Positions 51,156 through 62,638 of a stretch of 64,000 nucleotides of DNA are shown one piece after another. The stretch spans positions 1-64,000 of the forward strand of contig CBFFSA010000011.1 in assembly GCA_965644495.1 (NCBI GenBank), given 5' to 3'. The notes below the pieces were generated by a model, which saw only the letters and a program-made list of their open reading frames with translations, was not told the origin of the DNA and did not search any database. A program made the position numbers and the translations under genes. Numbering within the stretch: position 1 is the stretch's first letter; every line of letters starts with the position of its first letter. This stretch comes from Perkinsela sp. CCAP 1560/9 (lineage: Eukaryota; Protista; Euglenozoa: Kinetoplastea).

Positions 51156-52658
51156 ATGCAACACGAGGAGAGTTTCCGGATTGCGCTCCCGTCTTTTGAG
51201 AAGGAAGCGAATTTAATAAAAGTTCAATGCAGTACTACTATTGACGAGGAAATATTGAATGCTCTATTTGACTTGGCGCGTGCCAGGGGGATCTCTCACG
51301 AGCTTGACAGACTTTCAGCGGGCGAAAATATGAACACAACCGAAGATCGCGCAGTGTCTCATGTTGCACTTCGACGCATAATTCGAACTCGAAAAGAAAA
51401 CTTAGGGAAAGCTCCACAAATTGCATGGTTTCCAGAGCTCCGCGATTTCTGCGAATCCATTCGCAATGGTTCTCGTCTCACCTACACCCGTGAGACGTTC
51501 TCCCATGTCGTTCATATCGGTATTGGCGGCAGCGAGTGGGGCCCACGACTGCTATGCGATGCGCTCCAACATGACATACATGGCCTCACTCCGTATTTTG
51601 TTTCCAATACGGGAGGACAGTCTCTTGTGGATGTGTTAAATCAAGTCACTCTCTCCCGTACACTTTTTGTAGTATGCACCAAGACGTTTACGACCGTCGA
51701 AGTCCTAGCCAATGCTTTAGATGCGCTAAGTGCCCTACAAAATACGAATCTTGGTTCCTCTTTTCCTGTTCCTTTGCGATCTCAATTGCTAGCGTCTCAC
51801 TTTGTGGCGGTTACCTCAAATATGGAGAAAGCGTCTGCGTTTGGTATTCCCCAAAATTCAGTATTTCTGCTTGACGAAGGTATCGGGGGTCGGTACAGTG
51901 TGTGGAGCGCCATCAGCCTTACCGCTGCGTTATGTCTTGGATTCCACCGATTCGATCAATTTCTTCATGGAGGCTTCGCGATGGATGAACATATTCGGCA
52001 AGCCCCTTTACGGGGGAACGTTCCGGTTCTTTTATCTCTTTTGGATGTGTGGTATCAAAACTTTCTCGGGGCTTCTACCCATGCTGTGCTTCCCTACCAC
52101 ACCCGACTACGATTTCTTGTGCCCTACTTGCAGCAGTTGGAAATGGAGTCCAACGGGAAGAGAGTATGTAAGTGTTCGCATGGCTCTGTTGTCCATACTG
52201 GACCTGTGCTTTGGGGTGGCGTGGGAACGAATGCCCAGCATACGTTTCTACAACACGTTCACCAAGGCACACGGCTGATTCCGTGCGATTTTATAGCAGT
52301 GGTGAACCCCATCGAAAATTCGAGCGAAACTGTCAGAAAAAGGCACCAAAGTTTACTCAATCATTGTGCTGCGCAGGTGAAGGCGCTGCGAATCGGTACG
52401 ACGGATGACCATCTCCCAATGTACAAACAAGTAGTTGGAGCCAAACCATCAAACGTGATCATACTTGGCTCGCTCACTCCGGCAGCACTAGGAGCACTTC
52501 TGGCGCTTTATGAGTACAAAACTTTTGTGTCGGGCGTTTTATGGGGCATTAACTCTTTTGACCAATGGGGTGTGAATGTCGGCAAGTCGCTTGCCACAGA
52601 AATTGAAGATGAAACGAACGCTAGAACGAAAAATCGGTGGGGGAAATCACATTTATAG
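51156..52658 (+). CDS. PGI: Glucose-6-phosphate isomerase with PTS1 (-SHL); start could be 51045
   Basis: N.TEDRAV.H.ALR, IGIGGS..GP, KTFTT, GGRYSVWSA, QQLEMESNGK, GTNAQH, INSFDQWGV..GK. Confidence 0.95.
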   Translation: MQHEESFRIALPSFEKEANLIKVQCSTTIDEEILNALFDLARARGISHELDRLSAGENMNTTEDRAVSHVALRRIIRTRKENLGKAPQIAWFPELRDFCESIRNGSRLTYTRETFSHVVHIGIGGSEWGPRLLCDALQHDIHGLTPYFVSNTGGQSLVDVLNQVTLSRTLFVVCTKTFTTVEVLANALDALSALQNTNLGSSFPVPLRSQLLASHFVAVTSNMEKASAFGIPQNSVFLLDEGIGGRYSVWSAISLTAALCLGFHRFDQFLHGGFAMDEHIRQAPLRGNVPVLLSLLDVWYQNFLGASTHAVLPYHTRLRFLVPYLQQLEMESNGKRVCKCSHGSVVHTGPVLWGGVGTNAQHTFLQHVHQGTRLIPCDFIAVVNPIENSSETVRKRHQSLLNHCAAQVKALRIGTTDDHLPMYKQVVGAKPSNVIILGSLTPAALGALLALYEYKTFVSGVLWGINSFDQWGVNVGKSLATEIEDETNARTKNRWGKSHL

Positions 52659-52841
52659 AAAATACAATAAATTGGAAAGACTATGGAAGACATGTACGTG
52701 TAGATTGTAGATGACGGCCTATTATTGGGAGAGACTCGAGATATCTGTATATTTTTGACTACACTACTTTCCCTTTTTCGGTTCTTTAGGTACTGTCATA
52801 ATGTATGACGAATTGGTCAGAAGATAGCAGCCAACATTCTA

Positions 52842-55800
52842 ATGACCACTTCGTATTTATTCAACAGCCAGAAGTTGGATTATCGGACGATTGCTACAGA
52901 AGGAAGATCTTACCGAATATGGAGAACCTTGCAGGACGTCACTAAAAAACTGGAGAGAACTTTTAAAGCCCATTTTGAGAATGATTTTTCACTCGACATC
53001 GAGCTGCTAAATAAATTATGGGACGCTTGGAACAGTTTTACCAACGAATGTGAATCATGCGTAAGAGATGGTGACATTCATGGATTTCGATGCCTCAGTG
53101 GTATTGCGAAAGGCTCCCTTCTGAAGATTAGCAATTCTAGCTTGGCAGTACTCCGCAGGGTGAATCAGAAGATGGACGAGACATTGGTCATGCGTGTTTT
53201 GTCTGCTATCATTCAATGCGCCTCTCTATTCAGTAATTTGGACCTGGTTGATCGAACCACCCAAGCTTTTCAACTTAATGCCACAGAAAACAATGAAGAG
53301 ACATCTTCTGCCGCTGATTTTAATTTTGAGCGTGGAAGCCTACCCACCGGTCAACTGGGACCTCCAGCTGAATTAGCAGTGTTTCTTTTACAGTGTGGAG
53401 AGATTATGTTGAAATTACGTGATCAAATTGATGATTCCGTAAAACCGGCATTGACACGTATTTTTACTGCGCAGCTTGCGGGTGAACTTAGCCATGGGGG
53501 ACAGTGGAGACGATGGTGTGAGGCAGTCTCCTCCCACCCGGATCTTCGCGAGGAGCACTGTAGTCCCTGTTTGTCACTTCTTGCGATGTATGACTACCTT
53601 AGATCGGAAGACAAAAAAGAAAAGGAATGGGACGAAACAATCCAGCGTATTATAAGCAACACTCTAACCTGTGATCTAGAGCTTTTTAACTCTGTGCTTC
53701 CGGAGCTTGATTTAATTCTGGGCGGGAAAGAAAGTGAAAATAAGGAGCGCAAGAAAAAGATTGACGAAAAGTCTGCGACTTCGTGCACTTTCCTGACTGA
53801 ACTTTTTAGAAATGCAGAACAAAAAGAGAATCGTGGAATTTTTAAGAAGATTTCTTACCAACGAATCTACATGGCTATTTCGGCGTGCTTAATACTCCAC
53901 TACAAGGAGGAGTCCGAATCAACTTCCTTTAATAATTCGGAATCCCGCCCGAAAAGACCTAGAGTGGATGTGGCGAAAACCGAAGAAAAGGGAGATAGAG
54001 TGCTTTCCTCAGTGAATGCTATCTGTCTTTGGCTCGAGGTTTCTTATCATTTTTCGATGGATCTTCTGGCCCATTCCTTAATGCTTTGTGTATCTGAAGA
54101 CTCATTGTTGATCTTTCCTACCGCTTCCATTGAAGATTTATTCCATCGAAAAATTAATCATATCTTGGACCAGTGCGTGATTCAAGAAATGAAGAAAACA
54201 GAATTAAGGGTGCTGGAAACTCTTGAACACACAGACCCTGTCGTCTTAAAGGCAGGGCTTTGTATAGGCCAGTTGCATGCTACCGCGTTTTTTAAAGATC
54301 GCACTGGAAGTCGTGAAAAATTAGGAAAAGATGCCCCCTTTACAATGCTCATGCAACATTCAATACTCTGCCCGATTAATCAATTTGACGATTTTCGTGC
54401 CTTATGGGAGACATTTATTTCCCGCGTTTGTTATCTCCATTACGAGAAGCGGTTCTTTCGTTCGTTTTACAAGGCGTGTTGTGCGCAGCCCCATGAGAAA
54501 CTTCTAAACGCTTTTCATATTCTTGAGCAGTTGCTGCTGATATTCTTTCGAAATGCTAACTCGTCTAGTCAGAGTCTGACTACCTTTCTTGAGGACGTAT
54601 GGCCTCCTGATTCTAATTTAATTTATGATGCAGAAGCTTTGACACCTGTACTATCGGCAAGCGCCTCCACCGATTTGAAGTGCGATTCTAATTCCTCAGC
54701 TGCAGTGTTTTCATGCCTGGTTTGCAATGCTGTCAGCGACTTGGCGCTCGGCTTAGAATCCTATCAATGGTCGGACCCTCCTCTATGGCTGGCGTTAGTG
54801 AAGGACAAATTTGAAGACACTCTGATTTCTTGTTTGCAGCATACGACGGTGAATCTCGAATTCGAAAGTATCTTTTGCGATATCTGCAAGACCAATACTG
54901 AAAATGTCAATCATATTCAGAGCAGATTGAATTTTTGCTTTCGAACGCTATATGGAATGAATCGATTGCGCTGCCTAACTCTTCGATTTTCCCAAGAGCA
55001 CTCGAATGTGGATACATCTGCTCCCTTTAATATCAGGGTTCACGAACGTTTCCTTCAATTGTTTGTTCCGGATATACGCGTAGCAGAACAAGTGGGAGGT
55101 TTATCAGATTTTTCAAAATTATTGTTAAAGAAATGCGGCACTGCTATCTTTAAAAAATGGGGCACGTGTGCAGCCCCGTGGTGGTGGCTCTGTAGCTTGA
55201 CGTTAGACTACAGGCTCTTGCGCGCCTACAATGTGGACCACACAGACGCACCTGTAGTGTGTCAATTCTTACAACAGCTCGTTCAGTTTCTTCGTGAAAA
55301 GGTGACAGTATGCAAAGAAGGACCCTGCAGAGCAATTCAAGAATTATGTGATCTACTTAAAAGTCTAGATGAAATAATTTTTGGTGCCGATCCCAACACC
55401 GTAGTAGAATCTATTTTTTGCAGCAGCGAACTCGTGGAAGATGAAGAGCAGCACATGGAAAATCAAGTTATTTCAAGTCTTTCGCGCCTTCCCCACATGT
55501 CAGTAGAACATTATGTAAGATGCGTAAAATGGATTCTGAATGGTGGCACTGATACATATATTTCAAAACACGCTAACAATGTGACAAACGAATGCACAAA
55601 AGGTGGACTAACCTCGCTTCGTGATACTACGTTAGGTTTGATCGGTGCACTTTGCTCCTGTTCACAAGACACTTGCAAATCCTTGCATGCTGCATCGACA
55701 TCCACTCGAGATGCAGAATTCAATCATTTCGGCGCAACAGATTATCAAAAATTGCTTAAAAAAATTCTAAACGATTCACCGAATACCAAAGCATCCAAAT

Positions 55801-57542
55801 ATCGCATAAATGATCACACTCATCTGCGTACAGACTACATAGATATATTCTTGAAACTTATACAACTCTCAGATTTACAATCTATTTGTGTTGCTGGGCG
55901 TGCCTTGATAGATTATATCAAGGATACTCCTTTGAGCTTGTCATCCCTTCAAGAAGACAAGAGTCTTGCTCTTCAGTTAACATGCGCTTTCTTCGAAGAG
56001 GCGACCCAAAAGGCAATCCAATCACGCTTTTCGAACTTGGAAACGTCGCCGTCTGCATTCCAAGACGAGGCCTTCGATACGCTCAAAAATCTGTGCTTTG
56101 TATATTTGAACTCCACAAAGACGCTGATGCGAGCGGCTGTCAACAGTGCAATAGGGAAAGATGAAGCAATGCATTTTCTTACGAACGGCACGCATGTGCT
56201 GCGATTGCTCAATCTGTTGATTAGAAGTGAAGACATTGACAAATTCGGGGATACACTCCCACGAATGCTGCTTCGATTTTGGAAAATTCATCGTCGATTC
56301 GTTGACAAAACACGGGGTGAACGAGCGTGTGAACCTGAAAATCTTACGTCCTTCGCTATGGAATTGATAGCTCTGACGGATTATTTCACAGCCAGCATGA
56401 ACTCGGATGAATGGTGTACGCTATTTCAAAGTCGTATCACGGGTAAAGAGGAGTTTGCCCCATCAAGTAAGTACCACGGTCTGAACTCTAACGTGGTGCA
56501 ATTCGTCTTGGATGAAACTACTTCAGATATGAACCCGAACGCATTGCCTACAATTTTAAGGGAAACCAGAGTTCTTCGCACCGTTGGCTCTGTGCGTCAT
56601 TACTTTTTACAAAAATTACAGGACAGAATTCGTCGAATCGAGGTCGAAACTTGTCTTGAGACAGATGAGAAACGCTTGCTACACTTTCAGTACATCTTAG
56701 ATATTTTTCGATCATTTTTAGTAACTCTGTCAAAACCATCGGTTCAGCTATCACAAATCTTCACCTCACTTTTATCAAAGGTGAGCATACTTCTAACAGT
56801 GGAAACACGTAGTCAATCTGAAATTCTCAATAAAACTCTGCCAATCGTTTGTGAGGCTTTGGTCCGATCGAAACTTATATCTCTTTCATGTGTAACCACT
56901 AGTCTATTGCTACGTGTTGTGGCGCAAGCAACGAGATCTACGTGCAAAATTTCGCTTCCCACGAAAGTCTTGCATAATATCCTTGTAGCACATGGACAAA
57001 GCATATCCACCGCTGCATTTCCATTTCTTTTGCTCACCTATCGTAATGTTCTGAGAATGAGCTTTTCGTGCTTCATGGCGAAAAATGAAAATGTGAATGC
57101 AACGAAGTGCTCTGTAGAGAAGTTTGACGAGACAAGAAAAGTCGACACATCTAATACCACCAACACAACAACATTTCTTAGATCTCTGCGCTTGGTGCGT
57201 GAGTTCATTAAAGTTGATCTTTCTTTGTCCCAATCTCGTTCTTTGCTGAACACTATTTTTGATACACTTGGCTCCTGTACAGTGCCTATTAATTCACTGT
57301 GCCTGAAGGAAGCCTACTTGGTTCTTCGTCCTCTTTTAGAAAAGCACCACAAGTCAGATAGCGAGATTCGAAGAGCACAAATCACAAAATCAGATGCACA
57401 ATCTAGCAAGGATGCCCAGAGAACTTTCTGCAATGAGAATTATTTCATAGTTCCAAAGTACGATATCACACTTTGCTCATATCAATCCGATATCGTGAAA
57501 TCTATCATGCAGTTCCATATGCAGAGCCTGGGGATTCGTTAA
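52842..57542 (+). CDS. Large hypothetical alpha-helical protein (1566 aa)
   Basis: Uninterrupted 4.7-kb ORF; no motif recognised. Confidence 0.8.
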   Translation: MTTSYLFNSQKLDYRTIATEGRSYRIWRTLQDVTKKLERTFKAHFENDFSLDIELLNKLWDAWNSFTNECESCVRDGDIHGFRCLSGIAKGSLLKISNSSLAVLRRVNQKMDETLVMRVLSAIIQCASLFSNLDLVDRTTQAFQLNATENNEETSSAADFNFERGSLPTGQLGPPAELAVFLLQCGEIMLKLRDQIDDSVKPALTRIFTAQLAGELSHGGQWRRWCEAVSSHPDLREEHCSPCLSLLAMYDYLRSEDKKEKEWDETIQRIISNTLTCDLELFNSVLPELDLILGGKESENKERKKKIDEKSATSCTFLTELFRNAEQKENRGIFKKISYQRIYMAISACLILHYKEESESTSFNNSESRPKRPRVDVAKTEEKGDRVLSSVNAICLWLEVSYHFSMDLLAHSLMLCVSEDSLLIFPTASIEDLFHRKINHILDQCVIQEMKKTELRVLETLEHTDPVVLKAGLCIGQLHATAFFKDRTGSREKLGKDAPFTMLMQHSILCPINQFDDFRALWETFISRVCYLHYEKRFFRSFYKACCAQPHEKLLNAFHILEQLLLIFFRNANSSSQSLTTFLEDVWPPDSNLIYDAEALTPVLSASASTDLKCDSNSSAAVFSCLVCNAVSDLALGLESYQWSDPPLWLALVKDKFEDTLISCLQHTTVNLEFESIFCDICKTNTENVNHIQSRLNFCFRTLYGMNRLRCLTLRFSQEHSNVDTSAPFNIRVHERFLQLFVPDIRVAEQVGGLSDFSKLLLKKCGTAIFKKWGTCAAPWWWLCSLTLDYRLLRAYNVDHTDAPVVCQFLQQLVQFLREKVTVCKEGPCRAIQELCDLLKSLDEIIFGADPNTVVESIFCSSELVEDEEQHMENQVISSLSRLPHMSVEHYVRCVKWILNGGTDTYISKHANNVTNECTKGGLTSLRDTTLGLIGALCSCSQDTCKSLHAASTSTRDAEFNHFGATDYQKLLKKILNDSPNTKASKYRINDHTHLRTDYIDIFLKLIQLSDLQSICVAGRALIDYIKDTPLSLSSLQEDKSLALQLTCAFFEEATQKAIQSRFSNLETSPSAFQDEAFDTLKNLCFVYLNSTKTLMRAAVNSAIGKDEAMHFLTNGTHVLRLLNLLIRSEDIDKFGDTLPRMLLRFWKIHRRFVDKTRGERACEPENLTSFAMELIALTDYFTASMNSDEWCTLFQSRITGKEEFAPSSKYHGLNSNVVQFVLDETTSDMNPNALPTILRETRVLRTVGSVRHYFLQKLQDRIRRIEVETCLETDEKRLLHFQYILDIFRSFLVTLSKPSVQLSQIFTSLLSKVSILLTVETRSQSEILNKTLPIVCEALVRSKLISLSCVTTSLLLRVVAQATRSTCKISLPTKVLHNILVAHGQSISTAAFPFLLLTYRNVLRMSFSCFMAKNENVNATKCSVEKFDETRKVDTSNTTNTTTFLRSLRLVREFIKVDLSLSQSRSLLNTIFDTLGSCTVPINSLCLKEAYLVLRPLLEKHHKSDSEIRRAQITKSDAQSSKDAQRTFCNENYFIVPKYDITLCSYQSDIVKSIMQFHMQSLGIR

Positions 57543-57867
57543 TCGCATGTTTTATGTTTTCAGCCATCCAATAGTTTCAGTCATCTTCAAACGTTTAAGC
57601 TTCGCAAACACGAGATGCCATTCCAGATCATCCTATGTATCACATCTGAATTTTATTTGACGACTTTTATATGACTTTCATTTGACGAAGTTTTATTGGT
57701 TTTATTCATACGTGTATATGTATGTACATTTATATTCATGAAAGGTTTGAGTGTGTATGAAAACATGAAACTCTCCCAAAAGGAGATAATCCAAAGTTTT
57801 CCACTTTATCTTTATCCTACCTTTGACCCCATGCTCCTCTTCGACCTCTCCCCTAACTAATCCCTCC

Positions 57868-58704
57868 ATGCGGCGTTGTCTTTCCCACTTGATCTCTCAA
57901 GCCGCTCCAAACGGGAAACCCAACTTCTGTATTCACTCCTCCTTCCCGACGCCTAATATAGAAATCCTGACCCTTCAATCCACTCACGCTATTCACATAC
58001 TGAACGAGCAGATCTCGAGTGAAATGATTTCCGTATTGCGTCGTGCCCAGGAGAGCACAACTACTGATGTTGTGATCCTTACCTCCGAGGGGAAGTCTTT
58101 TATGGTGGGAGCAGATGTAAAAATGATGGCCAGCTGGAGATCTTCTTCTTCTTCCTCATTTCAGGAAAGCACTCTGGAGCCCTTTCGAGATCTACAAGAG
58201 ACCTTTTTAAATTTTCCAAAACCGCTGATCGCCGCTGTAAATGGATTTGCTCTAGGATGTGGCTGTGCGTTGGCTACGTTGTGTGATATTGTGATGGCTT
58301 CTGAAAAAGCAGTGTTTGGGTTTCCGGAGGTTCGTCTGGGGCTGATTCCGTTCCTCGGCACCACGCAGAGACTCCCCCAGTTAATTGGGAAGACCCGAGC
58401 CATGGAGTGGATTCTCTCTGGGAAGTATTACTCGGCGACCGAAGCGGAACATGCAGGGCTTGTGTCGAGTGTACACCCTGTGGGGGATTTAACGACCAAA
58501 GCCGTGGAGCTCGCGACAACGATAGCCTCTCGTCCGGCATCGGCCGTGCGTCTGGCTAAAGAGGCGATGAGTTATGGCCATCAAGAGAGAGCGCTTCACG
58601 GTTTGAAATTTGAGCAAAGATGTTTCACTACTGCATTGCAGTCTGCTGAATCAAAAAAGGAGATGGAACGTTTAATCCAAGGCCTAGATTCGCGCAATTC
58701 GTAG
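57868..58704 (+). CDS. Enoyl-CoA hydratase/isomerase (crotonase) family protein
   Basis: F.VGADVK, PKPLIAAVNGFALG.G, CDI..ASEKA.FG.PEV.LG..P..G.TQRL. Confidence 0.92.
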   Translation: MRRCLSHLISQAAPNGKPNFCIHSSFPTPNIEILTLQSTHAIHILNEQISSEMISVLRRAQESTTTDVVILTSEGKSFMVGADVKMMASWRSSSSSSFQESTLEPFRDLQETFLNFPKPLIAAVNGFALGCGCALATLCDIVMASEKAVFGFPEVRLGLIPFLGTTQRLPQLIGKTRAMEWILSGKYYSATEAEHAGLVSSVHPVGDLTTKAVELATTIASRPASAVRLAKEAMSYGHQERALHGLKFEQRCFTTALQSAESKKEMERLIQGLDSRNS

Positions 58705-58932
58705 CCGAGTTCTACAGCTACGCAGTATTTCAAGTTTGGCGAACGCTACTTTGTAAGGAATTGCGCTCCGGATACCTTTTAAAGGGCATACATATTGCGA
58801 ATACGCCCCAAAAGAATTTAACAAGCCATTGAGTAAAGCATAAATACTTTGACCAAAATACTTTTTGCGATTGTGACAAAAAAATAGGTCTTCAGTTTGT
58901 TTCTCGAACAGCTTTTCTTTCCCCTTTTTCCC

Positions 58933-59991
58933 ATGTCTCAAGGCTTCACATTCACCCGGGCTTGGATTAACGGGCGCAAACTACGCTACCCGGTCTACGG
59001 TATGGAGTACTCCAGCTTCCTCCCCCACTACAACATTTGGGCATGGAAACAAAGTGAACTGTACCGCCAGCTCTATGAGGCCCAGATGGAGCACCTGCGT
59101 CGGGTCTACCGCAGACAGTGGTATGAGTCCTACCGCACGAACGCAGATGAGTACATCAGTGTGTATTCCGTAACCAAAGCCGCACAATATAAAAAGTGGA
59201 AGGCGGAGGTCATCCTAGAAGACGAAAAACGACGGAACGCTATGTGGAAACGAGCCGCCGCAGATTCCTTAAAACAGAAGCAAAACGAAATGTGGCGCGA
59301 GTTCAGCGAGAAGCAGTTCTTTTACTGGTACGAGAGAGCCTCGGAACGACTGCAGCACATGAGTCAAATCAAGTGGATTGCTCGACCGCAACTCTCTACG
59401 CACATCCAGCAGGAGCTGCAGCGTTACGTCGCGCGGGATAACATGGGGAAGGACTCCTCGGAACATCGCTACCCGTTAAACTTTGTGGGACAAATGCCGT
59501 TGCTGGAGGATTCAGAGGGGAATATTGTCGGCGTCCCTCACCATCTCGCGCCGTGGCATCATCTCCGAGAAAGAGACCTGCAACGAAAGAGCGATGCTGC
59601 AGACGAAACAACCTCGGGGGCGAAAAAATCAGAAATGGCACCCTCCTCTAAAGTGTTTTTCTATGGTCCTGAGGGAGACCGTTCGGAGAGCATGGCAGCG
59701 AAAACGGACAAGGACGCTATGTTTTCCGTAGATCCTCACTCGATTAGCAGTGAGCCAATGCGCTTCACGACGCAAAAGAGTGCTCCAGGGGAGGAAACGC
59801 GCTTTAAAGCTGAAGTTGAGGCCCAGGAGTCCATTGACGCTACTTTTGAAAATACTTCCGAAAGCAAAGCCGTAGAAAGATCTGCTGCTCAAATGCAAGA
59901 GGACAAGGAACGGCTTCGATTGCGCGAACGTGAAGGACTCTCACACAAAACCGCCTCGAAAATGACAAAGAAGAAAACAAATCCTAATTGA
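58933..59991 (+). CDS. Putative mitoribosomal protein (mS26-like)
   Basis: Long charged helix followed by WI....L..HI...L...Y.LNF pattern; tentative. Confidence 0.45.
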   Translation: MSQGFTFTRAWINGRKLRYPVYGMEYSSFLPHYNIWAWKQSELYRQLYEAQMEHLRRVYRRQWYESYRTNADEYISVYSVTKAAQYKKWKAEVILEDEKRRNAMWKRAAADSLKQKQNEMWREFSEKQFFYWYERASERLQHMSQIKWIARPQLSTHIQQELQRYVARDNMGKDSSEHRYPLNFVGQMPLLEDSEGNIVGVPHHLAPWHHLRERDLQRKSDAADETTSGAKKSEMAPSSKVFFYGPEGDRSESMAAKTDKDAMFSVDPHSISSEPMRFTTQKSAPGEETRFKAEVEAQESIDATFENTSESKAVERSAAQMQEDKERLRLREREGLSHKTASKMTKKKTNPN

Positions 59992-60598
59992 TGTAGTCAG
60001 AAGCTCTGACACTGCTTTGCTAACATTCTACTAAGTTTTCTTGGAGCTTCCAAGAGAGTACCAAGAGAATGGTAGTCCTTCCTTAATGTTCGAATTACCG
60101 TATTCGCAGGATCGCCTTATCTAGTCCTCGCAATAGAGTACAGAGGATACAGAATTGTGAACATGTTACGGCTTCTAAATATCATTCTCATGGTACACCA
60201 CGATATTAAGAGGTTTCACGTATCAGTATTAGATGTGACCACTTTTCGCACCCCGAGACATTCCCTTAGATAGCATTTCCTCTCCATTACCCACGTTTCG
60301 GCAGAATGCTGGACAACGCGAGAATGAAAGGCGCAACCTTTAGTACCCACCTTTAGTACCTTTCCGGGAAAGTCTAGAGCTACACAAAAGAGTTCGTCGG
60401 TCTTGTGACGTAGACTTTCTAAGTCAAAAGTGTAAGTCACGGCCATTTCAACGCGAAGCAAGTAGCTTTGTCTTTGCGGTTGACGACGATCATGTTTAAC
60501 AAAGCCTATAGTTTATTACGATATTATGATTCGTGAACAGCTGCGCAATACAGCGCGTTCAATTTTTATAGGTTCAGTTCTTGCTTATTGTATTAAAA

Positions 60599-61462
60599 AT
60601 GTCCGAGAACGTGGATGAAGAAACGGCATCAAGCAGGTCATCGCTGCGAGATGGTGAAACGAAGCTTAACCCCAAGAAACTACTTTCCCGGGAAGAATTT
60701 TACACACTCTATCAGCAGCAGAAGAAACATTTACTAGCGACTTCTTCGGGGAATGAGAATGTACTTTCATGTTCTGATTCTCTCAAATCTGAATCCTCCA
60801 ACACTTTGTCGAGACCCCATCGCAATCTCTCAGCTGTGGCCGCAGCGGCGATGGCACGTGCAGAACGTCAACGAAATCAGTCCGGTGCACAACAAAATGC
60901 GGATCAAGCCACAGAATGCGACGAAGAATCATCCCGGGATCATTCCGAAACCGTTCCGAACTCATCTGAAGTGATTCGGGACCTAAAGAACGATTCTCCA
61001 GCCATGCCACAGGAAATTTCAGAACTTATCGAAGAAAACAGCGAGGGACGAATGCACATGGAGGACAGCGCGGCGCCAGGGTTTCAATTTATTGCTGTTA
61101 TCCGTCTTTCGCATGAATTTCGATTATTGCTTCTTAACGTTATTAAATGTGCTTTCCTTAGTGCGTTAGTCACTCGAGGACTTTCATCTCGTACGCTTCT
61201 CGTTTTTTTCTTATTGATTGCGTCCAGTGTATTGCGGTATTTTTCGAGTTTTATCGTTACGCGACAACCAGACAGGAACGCGCGAACAACAAGCGCTGTC
61301 CGTTCTGGTGAGAATGCTCCACCTGTTCCCATATCCCGGGTAGCTTATGTATCACTCATCTGTTGTCGCACCCTTACTTTCTTATGGCAAATATTATTCA
61401 CGTTTCTGTGTTCTCTTTACCCTGGTTGGAGAATAGAGACGTTAGAAAGCGTGGAATCATAA
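60599..61462 (+). CDS. Hypothetical membrane protein
   Basis: Hydrophilic N-terminus, hydrophobic C-terminal segments, F..SL.P.W ending. Confidence 0.7.
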   Translation: MSENVDEETASSRSSLRDGETKLNPKKLLSREEFYTLYQQQKKHLLATSSGNENVLSCSDSLKSESSNTLSRPHRNLSAVAAAAMARAERQRNQSGAQQNADQATECDEESSRDHSETVPNSSEVIRDLKNDSPAMPQEISELIEENSEGRMHMEDSAAPGFQFIAVIRLSHEFRLLLLNVIKCAFLSALVTRGLSSRTLLVFFLLIASSVLRYFSSFIVTRQPDRNARTTSAVRSGENAPPVPISRVAYVSLICCRTLTFLWQILFTFLCSLYPGWRIETLESVES

Positions 61463-61819
61463 ATAGTAGGGTTACATTCATAAATTCAAAATTTAATTGC
61501 CGCTTAAATGAAAAACGCGAATTTTTGAATATCTTGCACATTTTTGCTATGTTTTTCTCCTACCCAAACTATTTTTTGGACGAGGAATTAGGGATCACGC
61601 GAACTGCATGATGAATGTCTGCATAAAGTAGGAGACCATATTCTTTACCCGCTTAATTTTATAATGCGGTTACTTAGAGGCGGCGTATCACAATTTTCAA
61701 AGTTGAATCCTTTTTAAATGCCATGATAAACAGGTATTTCATTTTTTACGCCAATCCTTTTGCAAACTGCTTAAAAATTTCCTAATCATAACCTAATCAT
61801 AACCTACCCATAACATTCA

Positions 61820-62218
61820 ATGCCTCCTAAGCAAAAAGCAGACCCTGTTGTGTTGCATAAGTACGAAGGAATGATCAGCGAACATCGCGCTCTCATGGCC
61901 AAAGTAGCCGAAGTCGATGCTGAGAAAAATCAAACCGAAATGACACTAGAAGCGCTACGTAACATGGAGGCAGAGCGACGCTGTCACCGACTGGTTGACG
62001 GAATTTTGATCGAAGGAACGGCTCGGGATACGATACCAGAGTTGGAGGACGCGACTACCCAAATGGAGCGTCTTTTAAAAATTTTACAAGAACAGCTGGA
62101 AAGAAAATCACAAGCTTTGCGAGAATATGCTGCGGAGCACAACTTAGAAGAGCGTCTGGGATCAAATAATGTGCAGAAAGATGAGACCAGTACTTCAACT
62201 CCTGGAGTGCTTGCGTAG
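61820..62218 (+). CDS. PFD2: Prefoldin subunit 2
   Basis: Coiled coil - RRCHRLVDGILIE.T..D.IP.L - coiled coil. Confidence 0.85.
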   Translation: MPPKQKADPVVLHKYEGMISEHRALMAKVAEVDAEKNQTEMTLEALRNMEAERRCHRLVDGILIEGTARDTIPELEDATTQMERLLKILQEQLERKSQALREYAAEHNLEERLGSNNVQKDETSTSTPGVLA

Positions 62219-62638
62219 TGTTTTAGCGGCGTAAAGGGATGAAGGCGTGCCCATGCCCTAAGCAGACGCACTCATATTCCATGTTTTCCGTGTCATGCCT
62301 TCTGCCACGTGTTTGAGTCGACTACCTTGCACCATGTATTCATTGCAGAAACCCGCACTTCGAAAGTTCTTCTATTTAGAGAAAAAATAATCTTAAGGAG
62401 TATACAAGAGAACCCACGAGCATACACGATATACTGGACTAACTAAAAACTCTAAAGGACGCGACAAATACATTAAGGAGAAAAGATTACATTGGATGTA
62501 GTACTAGTCCACATCCATGTATCGTCAAAGAGTGTATTTTTCTGCATCGCATTGTCACTTCTCTTTCCCTTTTAATCCCTATTCCTCAATGCTCACGCAA
62601 ATCTTCGATATTAAGTGAATGGAGAGAACATCTTAACC

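Noticed and set aside
61781-61814. Telomere-like repeat CCTAATCATAA
   Set aside because: Only three degenerate units, not CCCTAA, in a 5' UTR position
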